From the IMG/VR virus record IMGVR_UViG_3300025865_000001: a DNA stretch of 60,635 nucleotides, one strand, 5' to 3'. The notes beneath the pieces were generated by a model. The model was given only the letters and a program-made list of their open reading frames with translations, did no database searches and had not been told where the DNA came from. A program made the translations under genes and the position numbers. The DNA is from an uncultured virus (IMG/VR IMGVR_UViG_3300025865_000001). Taxonomy: Duplodnaviria > Heunggongvirae > Uroviricota > Caudoviricetes. How positions within the stretch are numbered: position 1 is the first letter of the stretch; the number at the start of each line of letters is the position of its first letter. This document shows, in pieces, positions 21,601 through 30,516 of this stretch.

Positions 21601-21914
21601 GCCTTGCGCCCATTTTCATTCTTTGCTAAAAGAACAATATGCGCATTAGTTGCATCTTTTTTACCAGTTTCATCAATAGAAAGCCTATCTGTGACTATAT
21701 AGGCTTCTAATCCAAACAAAAACTTCAAATTGTTAGCTTTTGCCAAATCATAATATTCGATGTATCGCAATGAACTCCCGTGCTCTACCCCTGATAAAAC
21801 TGTTTGACCAAGTTCTAGTACACGACGACAATAGTCCAGAGGTGTTACCGCCGAATCGGGTGTAATCACATTGGAATACATTGAGTGCTTATGATAGTTT
21901 ACAAAGTTATTCAT
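18696..21914 (-). CDS. dnaE: DNA polymerase III alpha subunit
   Basis: PHP domain (HKHSMYS, DSHY), RGSA, PERF, PDIDL, YSFNASHS; start at MNNFVNY. Confidence 0.93.
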   Translation of the reverse strand: MNNFVNYHKHSMYSNVITPDSAVTPLDYCRRVLELGQTVLSGVEHGSSLRYIEYYDLAKANNLKFLFGLEAYIVTDRLSIDETGKKDATNAHIVLLAKNENGRKAINKIISQANIDGFYYKARIDLGLLFSLPKDDVWVTTACLAGIWKLDKYQDIILKCQEHFGNNFFLEVQPHHVKEQAELNKLIINLSNQYNIPIIAGMDSHYIYPNQAKDRDDFLLSRGIKYEDENNWFMDFPSYEEVYRRFIKQGILTTAQIEEALSNTLTFEQVEEYTSPIFSSNVKLPTIYSNKTQEEKDIIFTELIESQWELEKNNVPKDKWKLYEKEIAKEVDTIVETHMADYFLLDYAIVKRGVEMGGHITLTSRGSAPSFYVSKLLGFTTIDRISAEVKLFPERFITKERILDAGTLPDIDLNLGNPEVFYQAQKEILGENNSFPMIAYGTAKPKAAWKIYARSQGLDFPTANAVSDDIEKYEMAIKHAENEEDRQDIDVMDYINKKYANMYKASIKYQGTISDAKVAPCGYLLYSNNIVEEIGLIRLKDNLCTLMDGLWAEAYHFLKNDLLKVSVVELIYQVYEKIGIKPHTLPELIKLSENNDKVWEVYKNAWTVGINQLEQGSTSGRVAKYAPQNISELSAFVAAIRPGFKSYYHRFENREPFNYGVPTLDKQIQTEQFPYSYMLYQENAMAVMRYAGIPISETYEVVKNIAKKRAEKVFKYKDIFMKGMTKRLSKDEDLPKDKAEQISADTWQVIEDSSAYSFNASHSFSVAGDGLYGAYLKSTYPLAFYEVLLNQCEHDGDKERLALAKDEAKRAYKIKFPPYRFGQDNRKIVADKDKWEITSSLQSLKGLGKKVGEDMWALAQQEFTDFMELLIYAEEHSMLYSYFENLIMIQFFEKFGGNKKLYQFHKEFIEGKNRYIRTHKDATKEKRLAGLKEYWNSLPDEHFDLVTQLSMDLEVLGAIQAQYNIPKNYLYITSVDTKYAPRVETYCLATGTVNSLKIRKSVYEDNPFGGNEIIKLDFTKRSDGSLVYFKKEPRRTFQDGVFMDEEGKYDWWTYKYSIVSPDDLLKIVEHFA

Positions 21915-22584
21915 GTTTAAATTCTCCAAAGTATTGTTCTTCTGCTTGCTTTCTTGCCGTGATTGCTTCATCCTTAGTATCGAAACCACCAAGAAAATAA
22001 CGGTGAAATGAACACGTAATGTGAGCACGCCACCTGTTATTCCTTTTATCCAAACCTACCCCAGAAACTCCAGAAATATTGTTAGTAGATACCTTATGAT
22101 TAAAGGCATTTTGTTGGCTAGTGGCAAATCTAAGGTTGATTTTTCTATTATCCATAGTATTACCATTAATATGGTCTACAACTTGTCCGTATTGTGCGTT
22201 CATAACAACTCTATGAAAAAGTTCCCACTTGCCATTGTGCTTTATTTGTAGATATTTATCATCACGATGGTATCTGTTTATATATGTCTTAGAATCTTTA
22301 TATATATCAAAATCATCCCTATCAAGAATAACTGTTACTCCAGAAAGGGTAAATGTAATCGTGGCGTAATCATCTTTTATTTCCCAATATCCTACTCCGT
22401 CTTGCGAGTGACCACAAGATGTAGAAGTGCCAGCAATAAGGCAATATTTAGGAACATTACATATTTTACCGCAATCGCAACGGCATCGCACACAACTATG
22501 CACACCAATTATTCCTATATCCTCTATGACAACCCACTTACCAAATCTGACACCTATCGGGACGTTAATAACTTTTCTACTCAT
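21907..22584 (-). CDS. HNH-AP2 homing endonuclease
   Basis: HRVVM...VDHINGNTMDNRKINLR plus AP2 domain (SGVSGV...WRAHI...LGGF...A..AR..AE). Confidence 0.9.
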   Translation of the reverse strand: MSRKVINVPIGVRFGKWVVIEDIGIIGVHSCVRCRCDCGKICNVPKYCLIAGTSTSCGHSQDGVGYWEIKDDYATITFTLSGVTVILDRDDFDIYKDSKTYINRYHRDDKYLQIKHNGKWELFHRVVMNAQYGQVVDHINGNTMDNRKINLRFATSQQNAFNHKVSTNNISGVSGVGLDKRNNRWRAHITCSFHRYFLGGFDTKDEAITARKQAEEQYFGEFKHE

Positions 22585-22605
22585 TACATTCCTTTTCTAA
22601 GTATT

Positions 22606-22634
22606 ATTATACCACTTGTTTCATGTAGCGACAA
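22606..22634 (-). promoter_or_regulatory. Sigma70-type promoter
   Basis: TTGTCG-N17-TATAAT with TG. Confidence 0.6.
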
Positions 22635-23395
22635 GAGTTCCTAACGCCACATATGTAATAACAAAAGAACTCGTTTGCTTTAGTATTAGATGGTGTCCAT
22701 TCCTCTTCTTGCTTGATAATATCAATCTTTTCCTCAAAAGCCATAATACTTTCGGTAATTGCCATCGAGTTGCATGACTCTTGGTAAATATAATCGTCTC
22801 TAATGAACCAAATTCGAACCTCATCTACCATTATGCCTTCATCAAGCCAAAGTGCGTGGCAATATAAATATAACTGTGCAAGATAATCAGATATTTGTTG
22901 AGCCTTTTTTGCTTTGACAGTTTTCAATTTAGCAGTTTTATAATCAAATAATATAATCTTGCCAGTCTTTTTTTCTTTCAAAATCAAATCTGGTCTAGCC
23001 GTTACTTTCAAATCAGTAAGAGTAAAATCTATAGTCGATTCAATTGCTAACACTTCATAATCTTCTCTTGGAAATGCAAAATCTTCAAAGAATGCCAAGC
23101 CAGCAAGATAATATGATTGGGCTAGATTTACGTATGCGTTGGGTGGATATGGCAGGTTGACTATTTGTTCATATTGTTTCTTATAATAGTCAGGCAAATC
23201 CCACATATCTAATTCCTCAGAAAAATATTTTTCTAAAACACTATGAACGAGTGTACCGAATTGGGCAAAAGCATTATTTTCTTTATCTACTACATCTATA
23301 TAACCCAATTTAAACCCATACTTACATTGGTTGAAGCTATTTACAGAGCTAAAGCTATATTTGATATTTTCTAATATAAAATCATATTCGCCCAT
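22607..23395 (-). CDS. Cas4-like PD-(D/E)XK exonuclease
   Basis: SFSS...C, GTLVH, RPDLI..DYKT, QLYLY, CxxxCxxxxxC; start at MGEYDF. Confidence 0.85.
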   Translation of the reverse strand: MGEYDFILENIKYSFSSVNSFNQCKYGFKLGYIDVVDKENNAFAQFGTLVHSVLEKYFSEELDMWDLPDYYKKQYEQIVNLPYPPNAYVNLAQSYYLAGLAFFEDFAFPREDYEVLAIESTIDFTLTDLKVTARPDLILKEKKTGKIILFDYKTAKLKTVKAKKAQQISDYLAQLYLYCHALWLDEGIMVDEVRIWFIRDDYIYQESCNSMAITESIMAFEEKIDIIKQEEEWTPSNTKANEFFCYYICGVRNSCRYMKQVV

Positions 23396-23399
23396 GTCA

Positions 23400-25340
23400 T
23401 CACTCCAAAAAGAACTCGCCCTCTTGTGAGGGTTTTGACTTTGGAATATAAGCCTTAGTGTTTTTATTCCACTTGTATCGCTTATATTTTTCGCTTTCAA
23501 TGGAATAAAACCGATAATCGGGGTAATTAAAGTTGAGCATAGCCTTACCAAGCCTTCCACTATACCTATTTTTTAAAACATCCACTGACACATCATGTTC
23601 AATTGGTTCATATCCCTTTTTATACCCTCCTCTGTTATCAGATATGCCCTCTTTTTCTTTCTCTGATACTCTACGAACAGAAAGAACATATTGAGCCATG
23701 TTGGTAAGATTACCTGACCCACCAACATCATCAGTAATAAGTTCGGTTTGATTTACGCTAATTTTTCTTGGGTGAATAACTAGTGCTATTAGAATGCCAT
23801 AGGTTTGAGCAATCCTAATCAGTCCAGCCATAAACTCCTTTTGTTTTTGAAGAACACTTGAAGTATCATCTGCACCCTCAAGGTCTAGCATCATCAAATT
23901 ATCTAAAATCCAGATTTTAGCACCGTACTTGCGCGTTACATTAATACCAGTGTCCAATACATCAGTAGCTAGAATAGTATTATTATCATAAACCCAAACC
24001 CTATTATTGTACCAATCAGAAATTTGTTTTCTAGCACTAGTATCGATAGTTCTTGTAGCCTGATTATCAGAACTAATTACATACTCTTCACCCGCTAAGT
24101 TTAAGTCTATCCAACTTCTCAATACTTTAGCATCGAGTTCACCGGAATAATAAAAAATATCATAACCTTGATTGAGTGCTTCACTAACAAATATTTGATT
24201 AGAAAATGAACTCTTACCGCTTCCTGATTTTCCAGTCAGTACTACCACACTACCCATTAAAAATTTATAAATTATGTCGTCTACAGTTTTAAGGTGTGTA
24301 AAAAGTCCATCGGCTAATGCAATATTAAAATCTCCAACACCTGCAAGATTGCTAACGCCAGCTACCGGTATTTCCTGAGCGCTTTCAATCAGAGTCATTA
24401 CCTTGTCTTTGCCAAAATAATATAAAACTTCATTGGCATCTTTTACTGGAATCCCTTTACCATCGGCATCTGTTAAAGTTGGAGGTAGGTCGATAATAAG
24501 TGTACGCCACGTACCAAGCCTATTGGCAACATCTTTTCTTGATTTAATTCCTGGTGCATCATTATCGAACCAAAGGATTATTTTGTCAAATTGTTCTAAC
24601 CAATCCCAACATTCCTCTAAAAATCCCTTATTCTCAGTGCCTCCTGGAATTGATACAACATTTGAATAACCGGCTTCGAATACTGACATAGTGTCGGTCT
24701 GGCCTTCAGTAAGAAGTAGTGGTTTAGTTGGGTCAATCTTATTCATACCAAATAATATAGGCTTATTGTCATATTTAGGCAAATACCATTCTTTGGCTTC
24801 TCCGTGCTCAACTTTTCTCGCGGGTCTTTGTTTAACAGTAGTTAGGACATCGTTCTCATCATAGAAATTCCAGGCTACCGTACCACTAAGTTGCTTTACA
24901 TCAAAATAATCAAGTGTCTTTATGCTAATTTTACGTTTTGCAAAGTACGTATCAACAAGGTCTCGATTATCATCTGGCGTATATTCTGGGTATTTATAAT
25001 CTCTTGCTTTTACACCCTTCTGTCCAAATTTGTATTCAATGCCAACTTGTTCAAATAACTTTTGAATTGCGCCAAGGTATGTCAGATTGTTGAATGCCAT
25101 ATAGTGGTCAATAATCCCATAAACCTTACCACATCCAAAACATTTAAACGCATTATCTTTAGGGTTCCAAATAAAACTTGGTGTATCTTCGTGATGCCAT
25201 TGACAAACGCTTTTTAAATTTTTTTCATCAAATTGTTCTAATTGCAAATCTTTTGCAATAACATAGGCTGCTTTATCTCCAAGTTTATTTTTTGCTTCTA
25301 TGATTAATTCTCGCGGAATAATCATTGACACCTCTTTCAT
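23400..25340 (-). CDS. Primase-helicase (T7 gp4/Twinkle-like)
   Basis: CHC2-type Zn finger, TOPRIM EG..D and DND, Walker A GKSGSGKS, LDNL, HPRK, KNR. Confidence 0.92.
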   Translation of the reverse strand: MKEVSMIIPRELIIEAKNKLGDKAAYVIAKDLQLEQFDEKNLKSVCQWHHEDTPSFIWNPKDNAFKCFGCGKVYGIIDHYMAFNNLTYLGAIQKLFEQVGIEYKFGQKGVKARDYKYPEYTPDDNRDLVDTYFAKRKISIKTLDYFDVKQLSGTVAWNFYDENDVLTTVKQRPARKVEHGEAKEWYLPKYDNKPILFGMNKIDPTKPLLLTEGQTDTMSVFEAGYSNVVSIPGGTENKGFLEECWDWLEQFDKIILWFDNDAPGIKSRKDVANRLGTWRTLIIDLPPTLTDADGKGIPVKDANEVLYYFGKDKVMTLIESAQEIPVAGVSNLAGVGDFNIALADGLFTHLKTVDDIIYKFLMGSVVVLTGKSGSGKSSFSNQIFVSEALNQGYDIFYYSGELDAKVLRSWIDLNLAGEEYVISSDNQATRTIDTSARKQISDWYNNRVWVYDNNTILATDVLDTGINVTRKYGAKIWILDNLMMLDLEGADDTSSVLQKQKEFMAGLIRIAQTYGILIALVIHPRKISVNQTELITDDVGGSGNLTNMAQYVLSVRRVSEKEKEGISDNRGGYKKGYEPIEHDVSVDVLKNRYSGRLGKAMLNFNYPDYRFYSIESEKYKRYKWNKNTKAYIPKSKPSQEGEFFLE

Positions 25341-25346
25341 AGAATG

Positions 25347-25379
25347 GGTGAGGTGGGGCTATAAAACCCCACCTTATCC
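25347..25379 (-). terminator. Hairpin between ssb and primase-helicase
   Basis: AGGTGGGG-CTATAAAA-CCCCACCT. Confidence 0.45.
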
Positions 25380-25392
25380 GAATAAACTTGAA

Positions 25393-25782
25393 TTAGAATG
25401 GCAGTTCGTCCTTTGAAACGTCGCCAGATTTTACCGTTGGGGGTGTGTCCATCCTAGGTTTACCTTTTGGGGTCACATCCGCACCTTCTATTGGTGCAAT
25501 CTGGAAAACCTTGATGGTCGGGGATTGTGGAAAAACCTTTTTCCCCTCTTTATTTATGTATGGTTCGACATCTACAGTACCAGAAATCATAACTCTTGCA
25601 CCATTTTCAATATCGCTAAGTGCTTCATGAGCATCTCCAAAAAAGCGTGCAAAATTCCAATTTGAATTTAGCCATTCACCACTTTGCTTATCTTTACGTG
25701 ATGTGGTCATACGTACTATGGAATACTTACCCTTATTGTCTACTTCCCAAATTGTTGCGTAATTCTCTTTGAAATAAATCAT
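25393..25782 (-). CDS. ssb: Single-stranded DNA-binding protein
   Basis: OB-like N-terminus, acidic DELPF tail, adjacent to Sak4. Confidence 0.8.
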   Translation of the reverse strand: MIYFKENYATIWEVDNKGKYSIVRMTTSRKDKQSGEWLNSNWNFARFFGDAHEALSDIENGARVMISGTVDVEPYINKEGKKVFPQSPTIKVFQIAPIEGADVTPKGKPRMDTPPTVKSGDVSKDELPF

Positions 25783-26795
25783 TCTGCTTGCTCCTTATTT
25801 ATGGTTTCTGCTTCTGCCAATTCTTTTGCTTTCTTTTCTGCCACCATTGTTTCTAATCGAACTTTTAGTGCTTCGGCAGTGGCTAATAATTTAATACGAT
25901 TAGGATTTCCTTTTTCACTTTCGTATTCATATAAAACTGTCATCAAATCTTTGTTCTTTTGCCCACCAAGAGCCTTACAATATTCCACAAGAATTGGCTG
26001 AAGTTTTTCCAACTTCTCATTATCTTGTTCCTGCTGAATAGAAGTTGTAGCTTCTTCATATCGCTTTGGGGTAATGTGGTCAACCTTACCAGTATTTGCC
26101 CAAGCAATAATTTTCTCGCCATCTTTTTCTGAGATAATCATTGCACCTTCATCTTCAAACAGGTGCGTATTATCTTTTTGTGAAACAGCAAGATTGCCAA
26201 TTTGTTCAATCAAGAACGAAGCCGTAAATTCGTATTCAAATCCTTCACGTTGCTTGCCACCGACACCAAGTTTACTAACCGTGGTCTTTCCACCACTTTC
26301 CTGTGACATAACATACTGGTCTTTGCCACGCATGGTTGCGACAATGTGAATAGGGGAATCTCCAATACCCATAATAAATCTATCGTGTCTAGGAGTAACC
26401 TTAGACCATGCCTGATATGTTCCACCAGCGAGTTGTTGTAATTCCAAACATCCGCCTTTACCTTCCCATTCTGGTGAAGTACTATCTATAATTAGTATTG
26501 GATAGTCTGCGTTTACTGCTGCATCAATACATTGAATATATCGTTCTGGATTATAAGGGGCTTCCAAATCCAAAATATCATATTTAAACTCGTCCGCATA
26601 ATAACGTCCGCGAGCACCTTCGCTATTGATAAATGCTATACGTCCATTCTGTTCAAGCCCAAGGCTTTTTAATTTTTTCAACATACCAGTAGCCATGCGC
26701 AAAGCAGAATATGTTTTGCCACTGCCACTAGCTCCCATAAGGGCAACTTTAGTCCAAATTTTTTCTCTTACTGCTGCATCAAATGTAAATTCCAT
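25779..26795 (-). CDS. Sak4-like AAA ATPase / single-strand annealing recombinase
   Basis: GASGSGKT, IIDS, HIVATMR, QREGFEYEF. Confidence 0.85.
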   Translation of the reverse strand: MEFTFDAAVREKIWTKVALMGASGSGKTYSALRMATGMLKKLKSLGLEQNGRIAFINSEGARGRYYADEFKYDILDLEAPYNPERYIQCIDAAVNADYPILIIDSTSPEWEGKGGCLELQQLAGGTYQAWSKVTPRHDRFIMGIGDSPIHIVATMRGKDQYVMSQESGGKTTVSKLGVGGKQREGFEYEFTASFLIEQIGNLAVSQKDNTHLFEDEGAMIISEKDGEKIIAWANTGKVDHITPKRYEEATTSIQQEQDNEKLEKLQPILVEYCKALGGQKNKDLMTVLYEYESEKGNPNRIKLLATAEALKVRLETMVAEKKAKELAEAETINKEQAE

Positions 26796-26796
26796 A

Positions 26797-27276
26797 TTAT
26801 TCCTGTTCCTCTGCTTTATTCTTTATAAACTTTAAAATTTCCGACTTCCAGTCTGGAGTATCTACATTAAAATACATGCAATTATCTTTTAAACCAGTTT
26901 CTTCTGTTTTAGACAGGTGTATTATAATAATGTTTTTTGCCTCTTCTTCTGAAAGCCGTTTTGTAAGCTCAACGTCAAGGTTATGCAGAATTAGTAAATT
27001 AGTTTTCTCGTCCTTCATCAATTTGTAAATAAGTTCTTGGGTATAAGTCAGTTCGTAATCCCAATATTTATCTACAAGACTCTTAAAATCTTCAATGAAT
27101 TCATAAAATTTTGTAGTACGCTTACCATTCCATCCAAGATATTGACGAGTTAAAAATGACAGATAGTTTTTGCTATTGCCATTCCATACCCAAAAACCAT
27201 TTACTTTTACTAACTCATTGAGTTGATTTTTACCTTCGCTATCTCCATAAAGAGCAATAATTAGTTTTCTTGTCAT
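26797..27276 (-). CDS. Degenerate dNMP-kinase-like paralog
   Basis: NYLSFLTRQYLGWNGK resembles DYLKFIAKQYLEWNGK of 16517..17047; P-loop eroded (YGDSEGK). Confidence 0.5.
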   Translation of the reverse strand: MTRKLIIALYGDSEGKNQLNELVKVNGFWVWNGNSKNYLSFLTRQYLGWNGKRTTKFYEFIEDFKSLVDKYWDYELTYTQELIYKLMKDEKTNLLILHNLDVELTKRLSEEEAKNIIIIHLSKTEETGLKDNCMYFNVDTPDWKSEILKFIKNKAEEQE

Positions 27277-27403
27277 AGATTAACATATCCTTTTTAGTTT
27301 TATTATTGTATGAAAAAATTTATAATATTCCCTTATGCCTCCTTTATAGTAAATCGATTTTCACTAACAAGTTAATACGAATCCTTCAAATGAAAGACTC
27401 ATT

Positions 27404-28237
27404 TTATAAATAACTTTTATATAGACTTTCAGACACATACTCCTTATTAGATGTTCCTATAGTCCTTCTAAAAGAGGAATTTCCTGAATATAAATAAACA
27501 TGGGTTTTATAAACGTCCTCTGGAACTGCATGAGTCATATCGGAAGAAGTTGTTTTACCGTCAAATGACAAAAGATATTTTCCCCTTTGGATTCTTAACC
27601 AATTCCAAAGTAAGTCATAATCTATTGTACCATAGTACATTCCTTTTGTACCTGCATATGGTGGGTCTAAATATAACAAATCATTATCATTTGAAACTAT
27701 TCCTTCATAAGATTTGGACTCAAAGATAACATTATTTTTATTTAATAGTTCATTCCAGTTCATAACTATGCTATTTAATGTTTCTGGAATAATACCATTT
27801 CTGGTTACATGAAAGGCGTTATTAAATTTACCATTTCTATTATATCTTGGCATCCCATTTACTGTTGTTCGCATAATAAACATAAAATCAACAGGAGATT
27901 TTTCTAAATTAAATCGTTCTCTAATAGCAGAATAAAATTTCTTTTTTTTTTCTATGTCAGAGTTTTTATTTAGTTCATTCCATAAATCACTATACCCAAC
28001 AGTTACTATTTTAGGCGTCAATTGTATCATCTTCCATAAATCTATCAAATCATTATTTATATCTGACACCTTAAAATTATCTACTTTTTTATTAGATACC
28101 ATGAGTTGATACAGGACTGAACCTCCACCCAAAAATGGTTCATAATAAGTTTCAATCTCATCAGGAAACATATCTACAATTTTCTCTGACTGACTTCTTT
28201 TACTTCCAGACCATTTTATTGCTGGTTTAATTTTCAA
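27404..28237 (-). CDS. Dam-like (D12 class) DNA adenine methyltransferase
   Basis: KWSGSK, EPFLGGGSV, SDIN, YLDPPY. Confidence 0.92.
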   Translation of the reverse strand: MKIKPAIKWSGSKRSQSEKIVDMFPDEIETYYEPFLGGGSVLYQLMVSNKKVDNFKVSDINNDLIDLWKMIQLTPKIVTVGYSDLWNELNKNSDIEKKKKFYSAIRERFNLEKSPVDFMFIMRTTVNGMPRYNRNGKFNNAFHVTRNGIIPETLNSIVMNWNELLNKNNVIFESKSYEGIVSNDNDLLYLDPPYAGTKGMYYGTIDYDLLWNWLRIQRGKYLLSFDGKTTSSDMTHAVPEDVYKTHVYLYSGNSSFRRTIGTSNKEYVSESLYKSYL

Positions 28238-28287
28238 GTTTGTTTTCCCTTTGAATAAATCAATAGTTTTATTTAAACGCTTAAAAC

Positions 28288-28316
28288 ATTATACAACATT
28301 TTTGTCTATTTATCAA
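28288..28316 (-). promoter_or_regulatory. Sigma70-type promoter
   Basis: TTGATA-N17-TATAAT. Confidence 0.7.
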
Positions 28317-28361
28317 GTTGCTTGTACAACCTATAACTTATATCAGCCCTGTCGCCTTTTG

Positions 28362-28916
28362 TCATTTTGCACACTCATAACCACCTTTCTGAGTTTCAAA
28401 TCTCTGAGACCAGCGACGTGTAGCACTTCTGCTCATTTTTTGCTTCGTTTTCTCGGATAAATGTTTGCCCTTGTTAACTTCGGATAGACGTTTACACGTT
28501 TCTTTGGTGTGGTGCTTACCTTTATGCGAATCAGACATTAGTTTGCGTGTTTCGTCAGACATAGGAGGTCTTGTTTTCCAAGCCTCCCGCATCTTGTGCT
28601 TTGCTTCTTCCGAAAGTTTGATTCCCAAGTTGCTTCCGGCTTTTTGACGAATATTATAGGAGGGCTTTAGCCCTTTAATTAGCACATCCTCGTAATAAAG
28701 TAGGTTTTCGATGTCGCAGTATAAAATAAATTTAAACTCAAAACTGTCAGCACCAAGATTGTTCCAATCACGCTGAAGGTCAGTATTGTGGTGACGATTT
28801 GTACCCAATGTATAACGATGATATCGCCAACGTCTACGAAAATTAACAGCGCTCCCGATGTAAAAATCGCCCGTAATAGTATTGGCAATCTTATATATCC
28901 CACTAAGATATTGCAT
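28362..28916 (-). CDS. GIY-YIG homing endonuclease with NUMOD3 repeats
   Basis: GIYKI...YIGSA, HSEETKxKMS-like repeats. Confidence 0.9.
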   Translation of the reverse strand: MQYLSGIYKIANTITGDFYIGSAVNFRRRWRYHRYTLGTNRHHNTDLQRDWNNLGADSFEFKFILYCDIENLLYYEDVLIKGLKPSYNIRQKAGSNLGIKLSEEAKHKMREAWKTRPPMSDETRKLMSDSHKGKHHTKETCKRLSEVNKGKHLSEKTKQKMSRSATRRWSQRFETQKGGYECAK

Positions 28917-29121
28917 TGTCGTCTTTCATTTTCTCCACATACACTGTGATACTTGATTTATTTGATTGATTATCGAGTACATACGTTTCGCCATCGCTGA
29001 ATACACACATGCGCAATACACCTTGATTAAAAGAACCATCCTGGTGAACTGCATTATTGACTGACATAAAAACTTTGTTTGCATCGGCATCATCTGGAAA
29101 TCTAACAATTATTTTTTTCAT
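28903..29121 (-). CDS. Hypothetical protein
   Basis: 72-aa ORF with RBS GGAG. Confidence 0.6.
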   Translation of the reverse strand: MKKIIVRFPDDADANKVFMSVNNAVHQDGSFNQGVLRMCVFSDGETYVLDNQSNKSSITVYVEKMKDDNAIS

Positions 29122-29124
29122 TCT

Positions 29125-29205
29125 TTAACTCCAATCAGTGTTATCAGCAGACAAAATAATAATGCCAACTAATATTAGTGCAACTGCCAATAATACAATT
29201 TCCAT
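29125..29205 (-). CDS. 26-aa hydrophobic peptide; a second copy starts at 29425
   Basis: MEIVLLAVALILVGIIILSADNTDWS; near-identical start MEIVLLAVALLIVGIIL at 29318..29425. Confidence 0.55.
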   Translation of the reverse strand: MEIVLLAVALILVGIIILSADNTDWS

Positions 29206-29260
29206 GTTATAACATCCTCATTTTCTTTTAACTTTTTTAGTAGGTTTACCAAACGTTTTA

Positions 29261-29373
29261 GATTTGGTATCGATATCTATTAAAGAAGTTTTAACGGCAG
29301 ACATGCAATACCCAATATCAACGCCGACGGCGACGGCGTTTGGAATTATTAATTATTTGGTTGCCATTACTCC
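29261..29373 (-). pseudogene. Decayed internal fragment of rtcB
   Basis: Translates GVMATK*LIIPNAVAVGVDIGYCMSAVKTSLIDIDTKS versus intact GVMATKEVIIPNAVGVDIGCGMSAVKTSLTDIDTES at ~35510-35620. Confidence 0.85.
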
Positions 29374-29426
29374 ACAGAATAATGCCAACTATTAATAGTG
29401 CAACCGCTAATAGTACAATTTCCATT

Positions 29427-29937
29427 TTATAAAAGCTCCATTTTATTGCGAAACTTTGAAAAATCGTGGGCAACATTCAAGTAAGACTTTGTGAATATCC
29501 CAAACTCCTCACATATTTCAAAGGCAGCGTTTATCCCAAGCCAGCCATCGTGTACAAGGTTCATCAATATCCACACTCTAACCTCGTTATCGGTTAGACT
29601 AATGCTCCGTGCTACTTTGAGCCACTCCATGCCTTGTTCACAACTCATGTTATGATATTCGCGCATCTTATTTCCTTTTAACTTTTTTAGTTGGCTTGCC
29701 AAGTGTTTTAGATTTTTGCTTTTTTTCACTTGTTTGTAACTTACCAAACTCCACCTTATTTGCTTCTACAAATTCTAAAAAGCGTACATTATTGTCTTGT
29801 ATGTATTTATCTACGCCATAATCATCTATCAGTTTATCACATTCTTTATGAACAAAGAGATTGACATATGGTCTGTCAAATGCAATTTGAGTTCCTGTAT
29901 CAATCAGTATTTCTTTTTTACAATAAAAACAGTTCAT
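29427..29937 (-). CDS. Two small hypothetical proteins (29668..29937 with CxxC; 29427..~29667)
   Basis: ORF track and operon packing. Confidence 0.55.
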
Positions 29938-29971
29938 ATTTCCTCACGACTGATACACTCCCTCTTAAATA

Positions 29972-30043
29972 TGACCTCGCTTGGATTTGCACCAAGGCTA
30001 CCCGTTTAGGGGACGGGCGTGCTGTCTATTACACCACAAAGTC
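29972..30043 (-). tRNA. tRNA-Arg(CCT)
   Basis: Cloverleaf GACTTTG/CGAGGTC, CCCGT-CCCCTAA-ACGGG, T-arm CTTGG-TGCAAAT-CCAAG; C at position 33. Confidence 0.8.
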
Positions 30044-30046
30044 GTA

Positions 30047-30119
30047 TAACTCTGCTTGGATTTGCACCAAGACTCCTAATTTAGAAGATTAGTGTGCTAT
30101 TCTATTACACTACAGAATT
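30047..30119 (-). tRNA. tRNA-Arg(TCT)
   Basis: CTAAT-CTTCTAA-ATTAG; T-arm identical to the neighbouring Arg tRNA. Confidence 0.85.
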
Positions 30120-30120
30120 G

Positions 30121-30194
30121 TAGCCGATGAGAGACTCGAACTCCCACTATCTTCCGTGTAAAAGAAGCGTTTTGACCAATTAGACTAATCGGCT
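30121..30194 (-). tRNA. tRNA-Val(TAC)
   Basis: AGCCGAT/ATCGGCT, CTTCT-TTTACAC-GGAAG, TTCGAGT loop. Confidence 0.88.
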
Positions 30195-30198
30195 ATAG

Positions 30199-30269
30199 CA
30201 ACCCGCAGTTGACTCGAACAACTATCGTCTGTTTTGAAGGCAGACATGTTACCATTTACACCAGCGAGT
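30199..30269 (-). tRNA. tRNA with TCA anticodon (Trp-derived opal suppressor)
   Basis: Acceptor and T stems identical to adjacent tRNA-Trp; loop CT-TCA-AA; C-A mismatch at 31:39; short variable arm. Confidence 0.8.
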
Positions 30270-30274
30270 TATAG

Positions 30275-30346
30275 CAACCCGCAGTTGATTCGAACAACTA
30301 CCTCCCGTTTTGGAGACGGGAATGCTACCATTAGCACCAGCGAGTT
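30275..30346 (-). tRNA. tRNA-Trp(CCA)
   Basis: CCCGT-CTCCAAA-ACGGG, G discriminator. Confidence 0.9.
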
Positions 30347-30356
30347 ATAAAATAGG

Positions 30357-30428
30357 CTGACAGAGCGAGACTCGAACTTGCAATACCAACTTCAAAGGCT
30401 GGTGTGTTGCCGATTACACCATCTGTCA
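30357..30428 (-). tRNA. tRNA-Gln(TTG)
   Basis: TGACAGA/TCTGTCA, CCAGC-CTTTGAA-GTTGG. Confidence 0.88.
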
Positions 30429-30439
30429 AGATTATTTAG

Positions 30440-30512
30440 TGCTTCGGAAAGGAGTCGAACCTTTAACCTGCGCCTTATAAGAGCGAAACTCTAACCATTG
30501 AGCTACCGAAGC
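30440..30512 (-). tRNA. tRNA-Ile(TAT)
   Basis: GCTTCGG/CCGAAGC, loop CT-TAT-AA, TTCGACT. Confidence 0.85.
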
Positions 30513-30516
30513 ATAG

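Noticed and set aside
21915..22028. N-terminal extension of DnaE in the ORF track
   Set aside because: Overlaps the HNH-AP2 gene; RBS and PHP motif support the start at 21914
22607..23395. CRISPR-Cas locus
   Set aside because: Solo Cas4-like nuclease in a replication operon; no other cas genes or repeat-spacer array
30199..30269. tRNA-Sec or genome-wide UGA recoding
   Set aside because: No long variable arm; clear Trp paralog; ORFs are full length in code 11 and many use TGA stops with ATGA overlaps
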